IMG/VR virus record: IMGVR_UViG_3300033067_000159 | Coordinates: 1-42,229 of that record | Length of the DNA stretch: 42,229 bases | Strand: one strand, 5' to 3' | From: a virus | Lineage: Duplodnaviria > Caudoviricetes | Shown here: positions 42,000 through 42,229 of the stretch, in pieces | Numbering within the stretch: position 1 is the stretch's first letter | Layout: the number at the start of each line of letters is the position of its first letter | The notes under the pieces: model-generated | Database searches by the model: none | Told to the model about the DNA's origin: nothing | What the model saw: only the letters and a program-made list of their open reading frames with translations | Translations under genes and position numbers: made by a program

Positions 42000-42044
42000 C
42001 AACGCATACAACCCCAGGCTGTTAACCCAGGGCTGTACACGCTG
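42000..42044 (-). promoter_or_regulatory. Long G-U-rich RNA hairpin upstream of tRNA-Arg
   Basis: Minus strand CAGCGTGTACAGCCCTGGG...CCTGGGGTTGTATGCGTTG pairs over ~19 bp only if G-U pairs are allowed. Confidence 0.55.
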
Positions 42045-42151
42045 TCGTATTTCTTTGGATTAGCTACAGGTTTGCTATACCAGTGCTAACCTTGCGGCTG
42101 ATCTCTGGGATTAAACGAACGGACTACACCCACGGGAACCTCCCAAAAACG

Positions 42152-42229
42152 TTAGTTGCTGAGAGCGTGAACCTTGATGCGCATGGTCGGATCTTCCGTC
42201 ATTTCCCAGACGGCACGAATGGCGTCACG
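42152..42229 (-). CDS. 3' end of an early gene (truncated by window edge)
   Basis: RDAIRAVWEMTEDPTMRIKVHALSN* with GC3-rich codons. Confidence 0.5.
   Translation of the reverse strand, partial: RDAIRAVWEMTEDPTMRIKVHALSN

Noticed and set aside
1-42229. Genome-wide TGA-to-Trp recoding
   Set aside because: Many core genes (portal, MCP, adaptor, polymerase) end in TGA, often in coupled overlaps, and Trp is otherwise encoded by TGG; at most partial readthrough is tenable.

Overview
A near-complete lytic podovirus genome with a cobavirus/SIO1-like (Zobellviridae-like) layout; no phage RNA polymerase, integrase or repressor is visible in the window. Two convergent arms meet at a bidirectional terminator (~20682-20726). 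The + arm (1-20680) is the late module: terminase C-terminus, portal, scaffold, major capsid, fibres, a lysis cassette, tail adaptor/nozzle, a GNAT and three internal virion proteins, one with a zincin (HExxH) insert and one with a lytic transglycosylase. The - arm (20725-42229) carries early and replication genes: class II RNR, ThyX, MazG-like and DUF5664 pyrophosphatases, nucleases, SSB, family A DNA polymerase, primase-helicase and two tRNAs (Arg-TCT and an atypical Trp-CCA). The most notable signals are: (i) seven small early proteins, mostly SH3/KOW-like, sharing a C-terminal W-P-P...basic...[Y/L]xx[M/F][K/R] tag and lying directly upstream of a four-gene ATP-grasp/amidoligase/GATase-II/GGCT peptide-ligation cluster; (ii) an in-frame TGA inside a HAD phosphatase gene in a genome whose tRNA-Trp has UGA-suppressor-like features; (iii) three tandem ~30-aa membrane micropeptides missed by the ORF track. 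All product calls come from motif recognition and gene order, not database searches. An alphaproteobacterial host is only inferred.
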